Below, piece after piece: positions 12,259 through 26,388 of a stretch of 64,000 bases of DNA. Position numbers and translations under genes: made by a program. Each line of letters starts with the position of its first letter. Positions within the stretch are counted from its first letter, which is position 1. The notes beneath the pieces are model-generated. The model had not been told where the DNA came from and ran no database searches. It was given only the letters and a program-made list of their open reading frames with translations. The DNA lies in assembly GCA_977016875.1 (NCBI GenBank), contig CDRNST010000200.1, forward strand, positions 868,001 to 932,000, written 5' to 3'. This DNA is from Pavona decussata (taxonomy: Eukaryota).

Positions 12259-13689
12259 TTAAATAGTCATTTAAATTTGGGCATGAAATTGGGAGTGAGG
12301 TGCAGATAGTTGTTTGGAATATGTGCAAAATCAAAAACAACAACAACCATTCCCAAAACACAGCATCAAATTCAAAATTTTTCAGTTCTTAAGTAACAGC
12401 CTGAAGTTTACTTTCCAAGAGTGGCAAATATTTTGGTTCTCTTGCGGTAACTGGGTGAGTGTTAGTGCCAAGTCCTGCTGTGTGAAAGCTGTTGTTGCTA
12501 ACAGCAGTCATCAAATGTTTTTATTTTGCCTGGTTCTTAAAGTAATATTAATAACTAAAGGGACTATTCATTTTGTTTTATAAAATATGGTTTAATGGCA
12601 GATTTCTTAAATGTCAAAAAAGACTTTACAGCCTTCATGTTATTGAGGAAAAATGTAATATCTAAACCTCACCACTTGACCAAAAATAAACTTGTGAAGT
12701 TTCTGTTTCATCTAAAATAATTTCAGTTTCTTATTCCCTTAGGAATTTACTAATGTCTTTGTAACAAAGAAAATTTTCCAAATATTTCAAGTGTCAATAA
12801 TAATCAGCTTTTGTTGTATTCACTCCAAGTCCTTTGACAGCTTACAAAGGGAGATAATGTTGAATGAGGGGTAATCAAAAAACTCACTTTTGCTGACTTT
12901 GAGTAGCCATGGTATTTATTCCTACTGTCAAATAACATTTTAATAAATACATACTGGCCGTTATGTAATTTTGCCTTTTTAGATATAGCTTCAGACTTGT
13001 TTTCAGGTCAGGTCAACTGATGGCACACACCTGAAGTTGCCTTGGGTCCCAGGGAGTACTCCAGACTAAAGTGGTGGGGAAGGATTGCAAATGAAGCATC
13101 AGTAAAAGTTAAAAAAAACCTATAGTGCTTGAATCATAACCCCAAAGAATCCCCTAATCCAAAATTAAACCCCAACAATCCCATGCTGAGTTTTTGTCGT
13201 AGTGTGTGGCAACGGTTTTTGCTGCAAGTCCTGCAATAACTACCAAAAAATCCCTGCTGAAATCAGATTATCCAAAATTTTCTCACCCCTTCCCCCCCAC
13301 AACAAATACTCAAATCATAAATTTTACACCCGGAAAAAGTTGTTCACACCTTCCCATAACATTAAATTCCAAGTGACAAGTCCTCTACTTCCCCCGGTTG
13401 CATTTCTACATGCATTCAAATCTTTATTCCTATTAATGGCATAATGCAGATAGCTCTATGCTTTGAAAATGCTTGGAAAAGGTCTGTATCGGAGAAGTTA
13501 CTTGAAGGCACCACTTTATCAATTAGGATAACAAGAGGCTTCAGTGTAAGTGTTTTTAAGTTAAAGTTGCACTAATACGTGGCTTGGCTATTGCTATATA
13601 CCTGTACTTCAAAATCTAGGCCTCAACAAATCACTGAATGATGAAATTTAAGTTTTGGAAATAAATTATGCAAAGGAACAAGAAAAACA

Positions 13690-14700
13690 GGAATGTCTCG
13701 TTTCTTTACAATCTCAAATCAAAGGCTGTGGTAGCTTGGATAACTTGGTTAGGTATCTTCCCCATTGCCCATGGGCTGTTGATACATGTCACTTGATGCA
13801 TGATGTGTCACTTGATGCATGGCTGCTGATGGTACATATTACTTGGCCCAGGAAGATTGTATGTCGAAACTCCTTGACTTTGAGCTGTGAAGCAGTGGGC
13901 AGGTGCTTGGTTCCCAGTACCAGACATAAACAGTTGAAAAAGTCGCATTTCATGCTGTCTGGCCCGTTCGTTTTCTTTCTGGAAAAACTTCCGAAGGTCA
14001 GCGGTAGTGTCCTGTTGGGAGATATCTTTGAGAACCTTGACAACAGTTGTCAGCACGTCTTCCTTCTTTTTCTTTTCCTTGGATCTTTTTTTGGGGACAA
14101 AAAGTTTCTTCCCTTCATCCTCTGGACTGGTTTCGGTACTCACGCTCGATGCACTGCGACTGGAGCATGGCTCCTCTGCAAGCTCTGGGTAACACGAAAC
14201 TCTAGACTTTATTGAGGCAAATAACTGATTGAACCAGTGCCCATAACCACGTTCATCTTGGATCCTTTTAACACCAGTCGCCGTTTTGATAGCCAGAGCA
14301 AGTTTTTTGCACTCGGCAACACACTAGTTAAATTTTGTGTGCATTTGTGCAGTCGTTTAGGGGAAAGTACTTGATCCAGTGTATCACTTCTTGACTTCCT
14401 GTTGCACTTTATAATACACTTCGTCGTTCTTGGTGTTTTTGGAGTTGGCGAGATCAGCTTCCTTGAAAAGTAGTCGTCTGAGCAGATAACGTCCACCATA
14501 TCAGCAATGTGACTGTCGATCCACTGGGCTTTTCTGCCACGTTTCTTTTTTGGCGTGACTAAAACATTCTCCTTACTATGTATTTCTTCTTCTATGTCAT
14601 CATCAGAGCTGCAGTAGCTCTCCTGCCGTACTTCCATCTCTTCTTCAGATGAGCTTTCCTCTTTGCACGGGTGCCATGATGCCAAACAAAGAAAAGATAA
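13690..14700 (-). pseudogene. Harbinger Myb/SANT-like DNA-binding protein, frameshifted
   Basis: PKKKRGRKAQWIDSHIADMVDVICSDDYFSRKLI; TATGVKRIQDERGYGHWFNQLF..KSR; C-terminal FFQKENERARQHEMRLFQ coiled coil. Confidence 0.7.
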
Positions 14701-15581
14701 CAAAAGGATCAAAAAAGCTACCCCACAATGGAAAAGTTGTGTAATTTGAGGTAAGAGCAATGAACTGTTCGTTTGTTTGCATTTTTGTATTAAGGATCAT
14801 CATCATTATCTGTTACGTATTGTCCATTGATTGGCCATTGTCATTTGTATAAACATCTTGCATATCTTGGTAGTCATCCACCTCCCTTTGTTTTGTTGGT
14901 TCTTTTTGATTTGTGAAAGTCGTCCTCCTTGAACCCTATCAGGGCGCAGAATAGCATTTAACTGAAGGATTTTTTCTTGTAGTATCTTGCACAGAAAAGC
15001 CTGTTTTTTGAGAGATATACTCAATCTCGTAGACACGAGAAAGGCAGTGTAAAGTGGCTTTATTAAGCTTTAGGAAAGCAGATGGACCTGCAAGAGCCTT
15101 TCCTTTCAATGTCAGATATGAACTTGCGTAACTATCTATCTGTTTTGTCAGCTGTAATGTCCTCAAGGATTGTCCTTTCAACATTTTTCTTAGTTGAATT
15201 GATCTTCCCCTCAATTTTGGTTTCTATGTGGACATCCTTTCTTTTTGTTTAGTTTTATTTTTCAGCATTCTGATATATTATTTACATCTCATGTTCAAAT
15301 ATCGTCACAGAAACCTTGTTAATAGGATACTTTTGTTTCGAGCCAATGTATCTGCTCAGATAAAAACAAAAAGAATAACTAAAGTGACTAATAACCATGG
15401 TTGATTGAATTTCAATAACCAACATAATTTCCAAATTCCAATTCAATCTGCAATCTGATGAGTAGTGATAAGGGAAATGTGTCACCCTGTTAAAGAAATA
15501 TTGATTTATGTTTGATAATTATTATTTTGTGTAAACCTCGATGCACATTATGTAAATGTAACTGTTCATACCTAATGCTTG

Positions 15582-15870
15582 GTTGCTAGTCCCTTGATTC
15601 ACTGGAGGGTTTACATCTGCTTGAGTCACTACACCTGTTTGGAGAAAATAAAAAGGAAAAAAGTCAGTGACCATCTCTGTTCATCATAGGCTTGTTACTA
15701 ATCTGCGTAATTTTATGTATACCTGACACTTTGTTGCTGGTCCCCTGATTCACTGAAGGGTTAATGTTGCCTTCAGTCACTCCAGCTATTTGCAGAAAAT
15801 GAAGTAATTAAACAGTCAGTGATAGTAAACACAGGCTTGTTGAATGTAATTGTAAACATTTTTACCTAAT
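15582..15870. repeat. Diverged 151-bp tandem duplication
   Basis: GTTGCT.GTCCC.TGATTCACTG.AGGGTT at 15582 and 15733. Confidence 0.7.
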
Positions 15871-16170
15871 TCCCGTTGACTTATCCTTTGATTCGCTAAA
15901 GGGGTTCTGATGTCTTGATCATGAGTCGTTTTAACGGTTGGGAGAAAATAATTATAATTATTTGCAACAAATGGCTGGATTATTATTCTCAAGGATAATT
16001 GGATATACATTTATAAAGCAGAATTTGCAAGTTTGACTTTGACATGTAATTTTATTATCTTCAGGACTGTTTCTTTCCCTATTTTGCAACTGACAATTTT
16101 CCATGGTGTTGTCAATCACTTTAAAAGGTTTTGATAATGTCACTAACATAAAGGTGCATAAAAAGGATAT

Positions 16171-16412
16171 GCATTTTGATTGCGCTGTATTTACGCCCTT
16201 CTGGCGCGCCTATTCTATTCATTAGCACCCTTTAGCGTTTGCTACACATTTTTTCCCATAAATAGTCCTGTTTTTACTGTTGTCGGCCTCTTTTTTGCTA
16301 CTAGTACTGCGCTGTTCTCAGCAAGTCGTAGACGTACGCTGTTCTCGGCGAGTTTTCATCTTTTATGTTTCTAGCCGTTCCATAGTTTGTAAGTGTTTAC
16401 TATTTTCGTTTC
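16171..16412 (+). repeat. Partial copy of the BEL LTR at 25006-25584
   Basis: Closely similar to 25061-25326 (GCATTTT.ATTGCGCT..ATTTACGCC.TTCTGGCGCGCCTATTCTATTCATTAGCACCC...), same orientation. Confidence 0.9.
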
Positions 16413-17861
16413 GTACAGGTCGTCCAGTACAGCGACAAATTGTGGGTCCCGCTCTTTGTTTTGACGATGAATCATGGTGAGTCGCACGGTGTGAGGAAGC
16501 AATCGATGGTATACACAGGATTGGTACATTGGATAACCTTCATCAAACTTTCCAGGAACTGGTATTAGTTGGAGATGATCTCCTACACAGATGACCTAGT
16601 TAAACAGAGTGATTTCATTATTATTATCATTATTATTATTATTATTATGAATTTTTGTATGTTTACGAATTAATACAGCTATACAAGTTGACATGCGTAA
16701 ACTATACGCTACTATGTGTTAATACTATAAACCTAAAACTAAACATAAAACCTATTAAAAAGTCAAGACAGATAAAATAGAAATCCTAAAAAAAAAGAGT
16801 ATTTTAGAATCACTGTCCGGATCATTATTTTCCCGGTTTTTTTACCCTCCCCCACCCAACCCTACCCAATGAAAAACATTGTGTCAGGCTCAATTTTGGC
16901 CGGAAATAATTAGAAACATCTGCCACGCATTGCAAAGAGTTCGCAGTAGGCTAAAATGAGCTGGCATGCGTGAGTACTGTGCATGAATCTTCAGGGGAAA
17001 AGATCAAAATTAAGTTCCACGTGTATGAAGATGCCCTCATTAACTCTCGTAAAGCACCAGATGTGTTTTTCAACAGTGTTACGAGGCTTAACAAGACTCC
17101 AATACCTACTAAGCTTGTCAGAACACCGATTCCATAGACGGTAAGCGTTTAATACAGTTTAATTTGAGATTTTCAATCCTGAATTAATATGAACTTAACG
17201 TTAAGTTAACTTTGGTTAATAATTGTATGTATGACCTCTTTGCATTCATTTGAATATACTTGGAACCATGGTTGGAAGAAACATCGCATTTATTTACAAG
17301 CTGGTCACAAAATTTGCAAGATTTTTAACTTCGTGCGGACGCCCGAGGAAACGAACTTTCTTGCATCATTTTTGCCATAAAAACAATATAAAACTAAGAT
17401 AATTCTTACCTGACAACCGCCAAATGGTTTGCTGTTGTTTCTGCACATGCAGGCAATCTCGTGAAGTATTTCAAGCAGTCGAGAGCTCCCCATTGAGCAC
17501 TCGTCCCATATAATTCTGTTTGTATTTGAGAGGGCCGTTTTCACAGACTGTTTATTGGCTGCACTTTGAATCACTTGTGATGTTGGAGCACTAGCTGTAC
17601 CAATGCCCAAAAAAGAATGAACTGTCACGCCAAAGTTGGATGTGAGCCTCGCCCATTTCTTATACACGTCGCAAGCCATTCCCGTCGAGTATAACAACTG
17701 AACATTCTTTCCTGATTTGCAAAGTGTGCCGCGATCACACAAACAATGAATGATTTTCCAGTCCCAGCCTTTCCTTGGATAAGAAAATTGTGCCCTTCTG
17801 TCGACCTAGTTCAACAATTTTTCTGCTCTCCTGTCAAGCTGTTTTCACCTCCCTGAGCCAT
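16413..17861 (-). pseudogene. Spliced PIF1-family helicase gene, N-terminal half, degraded
   Basis: Exon 1 has GHNFLIQGKAGTGKS (Walker A), TVHSFLGIG, IIWDECSM and PFGGCQ. A GT-AG intron at 17409-16596 joins it in frame to VICVGDHLQLIPVP...IHRQ..DPQF. Confidence 0.85.
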
Positions 17862-17950
17862 CTTATTTGCTTGCACTAGTTTTGCTTACGTAAATTTTAC
17901 TCCGAGATCGATATACGAGAAGCTTGTGTGCTAACTCCAATGAGGAGAAT

Positions 17951-19517
17951 GGGCAATTCCAGAAAATATCCATACCCAACAACGGACGGCTTCCAAGTTT
18001 TAACCCCCCCTTGCCTTCGGAAATTCCAAAATGCGTTACCCCCCCATGCCCTCAGAATTCCATAATCGTGAACCCCCCCTCTCCTTCAGAATTGCCGGTT
18101 TTTCTGGGAAGTACATTTTCGACTTTAGCAACACCTATATGAACAAACGAATATGAATTTATGCCTCCTCAGGGCTGTGATCTAGGGGCGCTAGGCGACA
18201 AGCTTTACTCTTCAGCGACAAGAAAAACCTACCGCTAGTGGCCAGGCTGTGAAATTTTCTTTTTAAGCCCGAATTTGGCTATAATAATAAACACCATTTA
18301 CGGCAGTTTTACTCCTCTTTGTTTTCTTGTGCCATTCAACTCCTTTAGGAAAAGAAGGAAACTAGAACAATGCATTGGATGAAAACAAAAATTATTTCTT
18401 TTCACCCCTTGTTTTATACACGCACAAAAACCATAGAATGTCTGTGATCCCAGGACTCCTCGCATGCTTCAGTCGGCTTCAGTTTCTGAACCAAAAATTC
18501 AATTAAATTGTATTTGTGATTCCAGGCGCTATCAAGAGAAAACTTGTGGTTTCAATTACCACATTACGAATACCTAGTCTCAACTATTTCAAACTCTTAT
18601 AGCGAGGAAGAAGAAAACCAATTGTCAAGAACATTGAAAACAACTTTATGCAAATTTATCAGTGATATGTGATGCACGTCTTGAATGTTAGATTCCACGT
18701 GCCCGAGTCCCTCACAAGTAAACATACATCGTTGCTGTTTTGTAATTATCTACTTTATTTACAGAATGTTACTGAAAAAAAGTAGCAGTCATTAACCAAA
18801 CCCTCATACAAGAGCAGCCTTCCAATCGATCGACTCTTACGCCGGAGCACGTGGACAAGATAGCGGCTTTTTCGCGCAATGTAACACGATCGCTTCTGAA
18901 ATATCTTTGCTGCGCAACCAGTACGCTGCTCAAGATTATACTTGATTGTACTTGAATCTTTCTAATGAAAACTTCGGAAAAAGCATTTCCTTATTTAAAA
19001 ACGTACAACGTCTACGGTAGAATTCGGCAAGGAACCGGGGAAACTTCAACGTGGCCGCTCGCTTGCCTTTAAGCAGACTTTGTTTACATCTTCGGCGTAG
19101 CGTTACAAATTTGCATAAATATTATCGAGATCATCGAATCTCAAAAGGCGATCTCACCTTTTCTTCATTTCAAATTGTAACCGTGTCATCCTCTCAAAGA
19201 TGACTGGAATACCTGTCCACTAAACCCAGTGATAAACAGTGAAGGAAGCGAAACTAAAAGATTGCGACTTTTTCGGCCGCTGTTTCACAAGCTGAGAATG
19301 GAAACACGCGCAATCGCTACCTGAGTACGCTGCACATCATTATGCTTGATTGTACCTTAATCTTTCGAATCAAAACTTCGAAAACAACATTTCGTTGATT
19401 AAAAAACGCACAATAGCCCCCCCATGCCTTCAGAATTCCATGATCATGAACCCCCCTCCCCTTCGGAAATCCTAAAAGCCGTCCGTGGTATGGTATGGAT
19501 ATTTTCTGGAATCGCCC
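17951..19517. mobile_element. Non-autonomous TIR element, 3-bp AAT TSD
   Basis: AAT|GGGCAATTCCAGAAAATATCCATACC ... GGTATGGATATTTTCTGGAATCGCCC|AAT; C-rich subterminal repeats; internal direct repeat at about 18920-19008 and 19325-19413. Confidence 0.8.
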
Positions 19518-20224
19518 AATCAGACTTTACGATAAACAAGCGTAATTTAAAGAGATCATTGTTTAATTTCCAAAACAGAACAAACTTTTAATTTGGTGAA
19601 CTGAAATTCGACTTTGGTTTTATTTACGACTGTATTTGTTTGCGCGATAAGTCGGCTGAAAATTTATTTCCGGTCACGCGCAAATTGTGACTAAGCAGGG
19701 AGAGGTGACTGTTCATAGCTGTCGTGCAAAAACATCTTTGGCAGGTAAGGAGAGGTGACATTTCGCTCTAGATGGCGCGTAAATCTGTGATGTCTGCGCC
19801 AAGGTAACTGGCCGCAGCTGTTGCGAAAAAATGCACGGAGGAAAACTACGAAAAGGGAGCTTAAATTAAGGCTCAAAATTGTTTCTTCTTGATATTCTGA
19901 CAGGTAAGTGTGTTCCAAAATTATCCAGCTTTCGTTTGATACGAATTTGGTTGCAAAGAGGCGAACAAGTCGAACGTTCAAAGCTATTTTGCCGAGTGTG
20001 TTCAAATTGTTTCGCGAAAAAGTTGCCTCCCTTGTCAATATTTATATATAGTATAGTCAGCAGAGCTCAGATCCGCTTGCACACAACTCAGTACACGACA
20101 TTAGTGCTGTCACGTAAATTTTATGCAAATGAGCACTATAGAAAACCACAAGAAACGAACAACGTAGCATATAAGTCAATAATTTATCAATTTTTTTCTT
20201 TTTCACAACTTTTGTGGACTCCCT

Positions 20225-23200
20225 GTGGATCCACTTCTTGGTTACAAAACCGCTAAAGCCTTGTTAGAAGATCGATTTGGAAATCCATTTAAGGTCACTA
20301 CGGCGTACTTGAAGGAAGTGACCAACGGACCACCAGTGAGACCCCACGACTCGAAAGCATTGCTGGCTTTTGCAGACAAGCTCAAGAGACTGTACGAATG
20401 GCCTGGAATCTATTGGATACTTGGAGGAAATAAATAGCGCTGACAATCTACGACGAATTGTTAATAGTCTCCCGTTTCACGTGAAGACAAAGTGGCTTGA
20501 GGTTGCAGATAGTATTCAGCGACCCAAAATCAGTCATATCTCCCAGTTTGTCACTACTAAAGCTCGAGTTGCCAATAATCCAGTGTTTGGAGCTTTGTTA
20601 AATGAGGGAAAGGAGAGAAGTAACCCCAGTATGAGGCATCCAAGCACAGCGACGAAGATGACTACCCTTGCGACTGAAGGAAGTCCCAGAAATCTAGAAG
20701 CTACTACTCCACGTTATGAAAGAGCAAGGGAGGAGCAGAGACTGCCTATCAAAGACAAGACTACTTCCACTCCAAGAAAATGTCTCGTTTGCAACGGGAT
20801 GCATCAGTTGTGGAACTGTGAACAATTCAAGAGGAAGTCGTATGGTGATCGTATTAAAATAATACGTGACGCTAAGCTCCGTGGGAATTGCTTTAAAGTC
20901 GGTCACATGGCCAAGGGATGTATGCTAAGAAGTGGCTGTTACGTCAAAGGCTGCAGTATGAAGCACATGACAGTTTTGCATCCTCCAAATCGTCCCTCGA
21001 CCTCTTCGTCTTCCCAAGCAGCACATCATTCTGCAATAGATCCCAGTGGTAGCGACAACGCCCGCTCCGATATCATTGCTGCTCAGAATCACGTGATTGG
21101 GGCCAGGGAGCACGATTCAAAGAGAAATCTAGCCAATAAAGTACGTTTAAGGATCGTCCCCGTTAGAGTATGTGGCAAACCGTTGGACAAGGTGATCAAA
21201 ACCTACGCGTTGTTGGATAACGGATCTGATGTAACTCTCTGCGACAGAAGTTTGGTTGAGCAGTTGGAGTTAGAGGGAAAACCAAGAAACTTCTTCTTGA
21301 CGACTCAAGAAATGAGGAACAGTCCGAAAAATGGCCTAGAAGTGCAGCTGTCTATCGAATCAATTCGCAGTGACTCAAGTCTGGAAGTACCAAAAGCCTG
21401 GACTGTCGACCACCTAAACATATCTGAAAGCAGTATTCCTAAACATGGAGACGTGAACTCATGGCCCCATCTAAGTGACATCGAATTCCCAGAGCTCAAA
21501 AGCAAGGAAGTCAAGTTGCTCATAGGATGTGACATTCCTGAAGCATTCTGGGTGATGGACGAAAGGCGTGGCGGAAGAGGAGAGCCTGTCGCTATCAGAT
21601 CCCTGTTAGGTTGGACTCTCATAGGACCGGCTGAGAGAGTTGAGCGACAGAGCAGTTTTCATGTGAACTTTGTGAAATCAGAAATCGGGAGTGAAGAAGA
21701 TCCTTTACTACTACAATTGAATCAATTTTGAAAGAATTATTTTGCAGATTCCATATCCAGTTCCAAGGTGTCCATGTCCATTGAAGATCAGAGGGCGCTT
21801 AGGATCATGGAGGATTCTGTTCAGAAAGTTGCAGGACGTTATCAAGTGGCCCTTCCTTTAGAGACACATACCTCCCTTTCTCCCTAATAATCGTGTTGCA
21901 GCTGAACAATGGTTGTATCTGTTGAAGAAGAGATTCTTGAGAGACCCTGAGTTCTTTGCATCGTACAAGGCATCCATTAACGACTACATCAAGAAGGGTT
22001 ATGCTAGACAAGTTCCGGAAGAACTGCTTCACCCTAAGGGAAAACTATTGTGGGACCTGCCTCATCACGCCGTTCAGCATGCTCACAAGGCCAAGCTCAG
22101 AGTTGTGTTTGATTGTGCCGCTCGTTATCGAGGAGTCTCCCTGAATGACCAACTGTTGCATGGCCCAGATTTAACCAATAACCTCTTTGGGGTACTTGAA
22201 AGATTTCGCCAAGAATCGGTGGCCCTGGTTTCTGATATGGAAGCTATGTTCCACCAAGTCAGAGCAGATCCGAAAGATCATGACGCCTTGAGATTTTTAT
22301 GGTGGCCCGATGAAGATTTATCAAAGTAGCCAATCGAATATCGGATGGAGGCACACCTTTTTGGGAGTACGTCTTTACCAAGGTGCGCTAGCTTTAGCCT
22401 CAGAAAGACTGCTCAAGACCAGAGTGGAGATTTCTCCTCAGAAGTTATCAGCACTGTACTAAAGAATTTTTATGTGGACGACTGTTTAAAGTCCATGGCG
22501 TCTTCAAGTGTGGCCAGAAATTTGAGAAAGGAACTCACAGAACTGCTGTCCAAGGGAGGATTCAGGTTGACAAAATGGTTATGCAATGACAAAGATGTCT
22601 TGGATAGTATCCCAAGGTCCGAGAGAGCGTCGTCAGTCTTGGACCTCGATTTGAATGCTGGGGTCCTTCCGGTTGAACGTACCCTAGGGGTCCAATGGAA
22701 TGTGGATGCAGATATGCTAACCTTCAAGATTACTGCAAGAGACAAGCCCCCAACTCGCAGAGGCATTTTGTCCGCAACCAGTTCTGTATATGACCCGCTT
22801 GGTATTCTGGCACCGTTTATTCTTCTAGCGAAGAAGCTGATTCAAGACCTTTGCAAGAAAGGCTATGGCTGGGACGAGCACATAGGTCAAGACGAAAGCT
22901 TACGCTGGGACGGATGGCTTTCAGAACTGCCCAAGCTCTCGTACATTGCGATTCCACGCAGCTTTAAGCCAATTGATTTTGCTTTTCCAGCAGTTACAGA
23001 GATCCACCACTTCGCTAATGCGTCGCAGATGGCGTACGGTGCGGTTTCGTACTTGAGATTCATCAACGAAGCCAAAGAGATCCACTGCAGTTTTGTTACA
23101 GCAAAAACACGTTTGGCTCATGTCAAGCCGATGACCATACCTAGGCTCGAACTATTAGCAGCAGTACTTGCAGTCAGACTGGACCGAATGTTTAGAGAAG

Positions 23201-24851
23201 AATTAGATATAAGCATTGACAAATCAGTCTTTTGGACAGACTCTACAGCAGTGTACATCGTACACATACAGTACATCCGGAACGAAAACAAAAGATTCCA
23301 AACCTTTGTTGCGAACCGATTAGCAGTTATTCATGATGGTTCGAAGCCTTCTCCATGGAACTTTGTGGATTCAAACAGGAACCCTGCTGATGATGCAAGT
23401 AGGGGGTTGACAGGTGAAAGACTGCTAAGTCAGGACAGATGGTTTCAAGGACTTAAATTCCTGTGGAGTGAACAAACATCTTGGCCAATCTTCCCAGATC
23501 CTTTGGCACCAATTTCGGATCAAGATCCAGAGATTAAAAGACAACTTTAAGCGAATCAAGTAACCAAGGTGACAGACGTGCGCATGTTAGACCTGATGAT
23601 TCAGCGATTTTCCCCGTGGTATGCCCTTAAGAAGGGGGTGGCCCGGATCTTGCAATTCAAGGATTACATCCGAAGGAAACTCCATTTCAAGGGGGACCCC
23701 ACGGTCGAGCGTGATGTTCCGCATCCGCCTGGAGAATTATCCCTGGAGAATTTGAAGTTCGCAGAGAGGTCGATCATAAGCTACGTGCAGAAAGTGTCCT
23801 TTCCTGAGGTAATTGATGCCCTCCGAAGTTCAAAGTCTACCAGGCAAGAGAAAGTTATGCTGAGAAATACCGGCTCGCTTGGTTCTATTTACAAGTTGAA
23901 GCCACTTCTTGACAAGGAAGGGATGTTAAGGGTTGGCGGAAGACTCGAGAACGCATCACTGGCCTACGGGTCAAAACACCAGTTGTTGTTGCCACACAAT
24001 CATCATATTTCGAAATTGCTCATTATGGAACATCACAAGTCCGTCGGCCATTTTGGAGAAGAATATGTTCTCTCGTGTTTGTGGCAGAAAAACTGGATTC
24101 TCATGCCTTACGAAGGTTTATCAGCCGAAGAGGAAACTCCAAGGTTGCAAGGAGCGACAATGGAACCAACCTTCGGGGTGCAGAAAGAAAGTTAAAGGAA
24201 GCGTTAGAGAATTGGAACCAGAAGAAAATCAAGACGTTCCTTCACCAGAGGAATATCGAATGGAAATTCAACCCTCCTGGGGCCTCTCACATGGGAAAGG
24301 TATGGGAACGAGTCATACGCTCCATACGAAAGATCCTCAGAAGTCTTCTACGTGAACAACTGATTTCTGGAGAAACCCTGCGTACTCTGATGGCCGAAAT
24401 CGAAGGGATCCTTAACAGCCGCCCGTTAACTCGTAACAGTGATAACCCCACTGATCTAGAACCTTTGACTCCGAATCACCTGCTTCTTCAGCGATCAAAT
24501 CTGAATTTGCCTCCTGGTGTGTTCATGAAGGAAGATTTGTATTGTTGGAATCGCTGGAGACAAGTCCAGTACCTCACCGATGTCTTTTGGAAGAGATGGC
24601 TAGCAGAATACTTGCCCTCTCTACAAGAACAACAGAAATGGATCAAACCACGTCGGAATTTTGCTGTTGGTGATCTTGTACTTATTGCAGACGAGAGAGT
24701 TCGCGGAGGTCAATGGCCTTTGGGACGTATCGTTGAAGTCCACCCAGGAAAGGATGGATTTATAAGATCTCCCAAGGTTGCAACGACGTCTACCATTTTA
24801 TCAAGACCTATTACCAAACTGTGTCTCCTCAAGAGTGGAGTACTACCGTGA
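20225..24851 (+). pseudogene. BEL/Pao gag-pol polyprotein, degraded and 5'-truncated, with a deletion inside the integrase
   Basis: Gag zinc knuckles (CLVCNGMHQLWNC; NCFKVGHMAKGC; CYVKGCSMKHMTVLHP), protease ALLDNGSD, RT LRVVFDCAA / FYVDDCL, RNase H TIPRLEL / NPADDASRG, integrase RSDNGTN / WERVIRS, C-terminal [10 protein letters not shown]. Confidence 0.95.
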
Positions 24852-25005
24852 AATGACTGAACATTGAACTTGGATGATTTAAGTTTCATGACTCTTTGTT
24901 GAACATTTTTAAGGAACATTTTTGGGAACCTAGTTACAGTATTAGGTCTTCTAGTTGGTAAGTGAATCTATTTGTGAACTTTCCTTAAAGTTCAGGAGCC
25001 GGAAA

Positions 25006-25584
25006 TGTAGCAAGTAATCTGTCAATGCGCAATCAACACCCGACTTTAGCGTTGCCAATTGCATTTTCATTGCGCTTAATTTACGCCTTTCTGGCGCGCC
25101 TATTCTATTCATTAGCACCCTTTAGCGCTTGCTACACATTTTTTCCCATAGTCCTGTTTTTACTGTTGTCGGCCTCTTTTTTGCTACTAGTACTGCGCTG
25201 TTCACGGCGAGTCGTAGACGTACGCTGTTCTCGGTGTATTTCATATTTTTGCTGTTCTTGGCAAGTTTTCATCTTTTATGTTTGTAGCCGCTCCATAGTT
25301 TGTAAGTATTTGCTATTTTCGTTTCTGTCGTTTTAGGCATCATTTTCGCTTACTTTGTTGTTAATTAGCTTATGTAACACCCGTGTATTTTGCTTGTTAT
25401 TTTTCAGTTGAATCGTTTACCTCGTTTACCTCGTTTACCTCCTTTACTTCGGTTACATCGTTTGCTCCGTTTTCTCCGTTTAGGCGTTTTCGCCGTTAAG
25501 TTGTTTTGCTGTTTTTCTTCATGACTTTATTGTATTAAACGAACTCAAAATGTGGAACGTTTGATTGTTGTTGCGGTCATTACA
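25006..25584 (+). repeat. 3' LTR of the BEL/Pao element
   Basis: Purine tract AGGAGCCGGAAA, then TGTAG... to ...TTACA; ATTAAA near the end; internal CGTTTACCT repeats. Confidence 0.8.
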
Positions 25585-26197
25585 GCATATTTTGGCTATA
25601 CATGTGGCCATTAATTGTTAGCAAAATATGACATAACGAGAGAACAATAACAAAATAAAACTGCACCCAGCAAAGGTGGGAGGATACCTTCAACCGTTCT
25701 AGCACGATGAAAGAGTGGACTAGGACGCCTCCACCCAAAACTAAGGCAGCTGAAAAATTTTCAGTGTGTAATGGTGGAAATGCTGCATCGCTACTGCAAA
25801 TGCAGCGACACAATGGAGCAGAAGAAAACAAGCTGTGGCCTAGGTGTGCTGGCCCGCTGATAGGCAATAATTACCTAGATATGTGAAGCATTAAGTGATC
25901 ATAGCCGTGGTAAACGTCTACAGTTGTTTCGACAAAAGTTGTCCAAAAAAAAGCGTAAAAGAGTACGCAACAATACCAAAAGGTGGTCTGGGAAATACCC
26001 AATAAATTTTCAAAAAAGATTAGAATCCATATATCCCGCCATCTCAAGTCTTCGCTGTACAGTCAAGGTATTATGGATTCTAAGCTTTTATTGGAATTTA
26101 TTGGTTATTTCCCATACTACCTTTCGGCATTGTGGCATACATATTTACACTTTTTTTAGACAACCGTTATCAAAACAGCTGTATATAGCAAAGTCAG

Positions 26198-26388
26198 GAC
26201 GGCCTATTAATGTAAGAATAATCTGTAACAGCGGACAGTTCCAGAAGCTGTGTAGCCCCTGCGTACACTGGTAGGAACTGTTTGTGTAAAAGAGACAGCC
26301 TATTTATGTAACAAGTATCTGTAACACCAAGCCGTCCCGTAAGGTGTGTAGCCCCTGCGTACGCTCGTAGGAACTGTTCGTGTAAAAG
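26198..26388. repeat. 96-bp tandem duplication
   Basis: TGTGTAGCCCCTGCGTAC at 26249 and 26345. Confidence 0.75.

Larger units (their letters stand above)
8371..15300. mobile_element. PIF/Harbinger transposon with convergent transposase and Myb/SANT genes; right end not found
   Basis: TTA|GGCCTGGTTCATACG putative left terminus; DDE_Tnp_4 gene on plus, Myb-like gene on minus. Confidence 0.7.

Noticed and set aside
15300-16170. Right TIR of the Harbinger element
   Set aside because: I found no reverse complement of GGCCTGGTTCATACG, so the boundary is left open.
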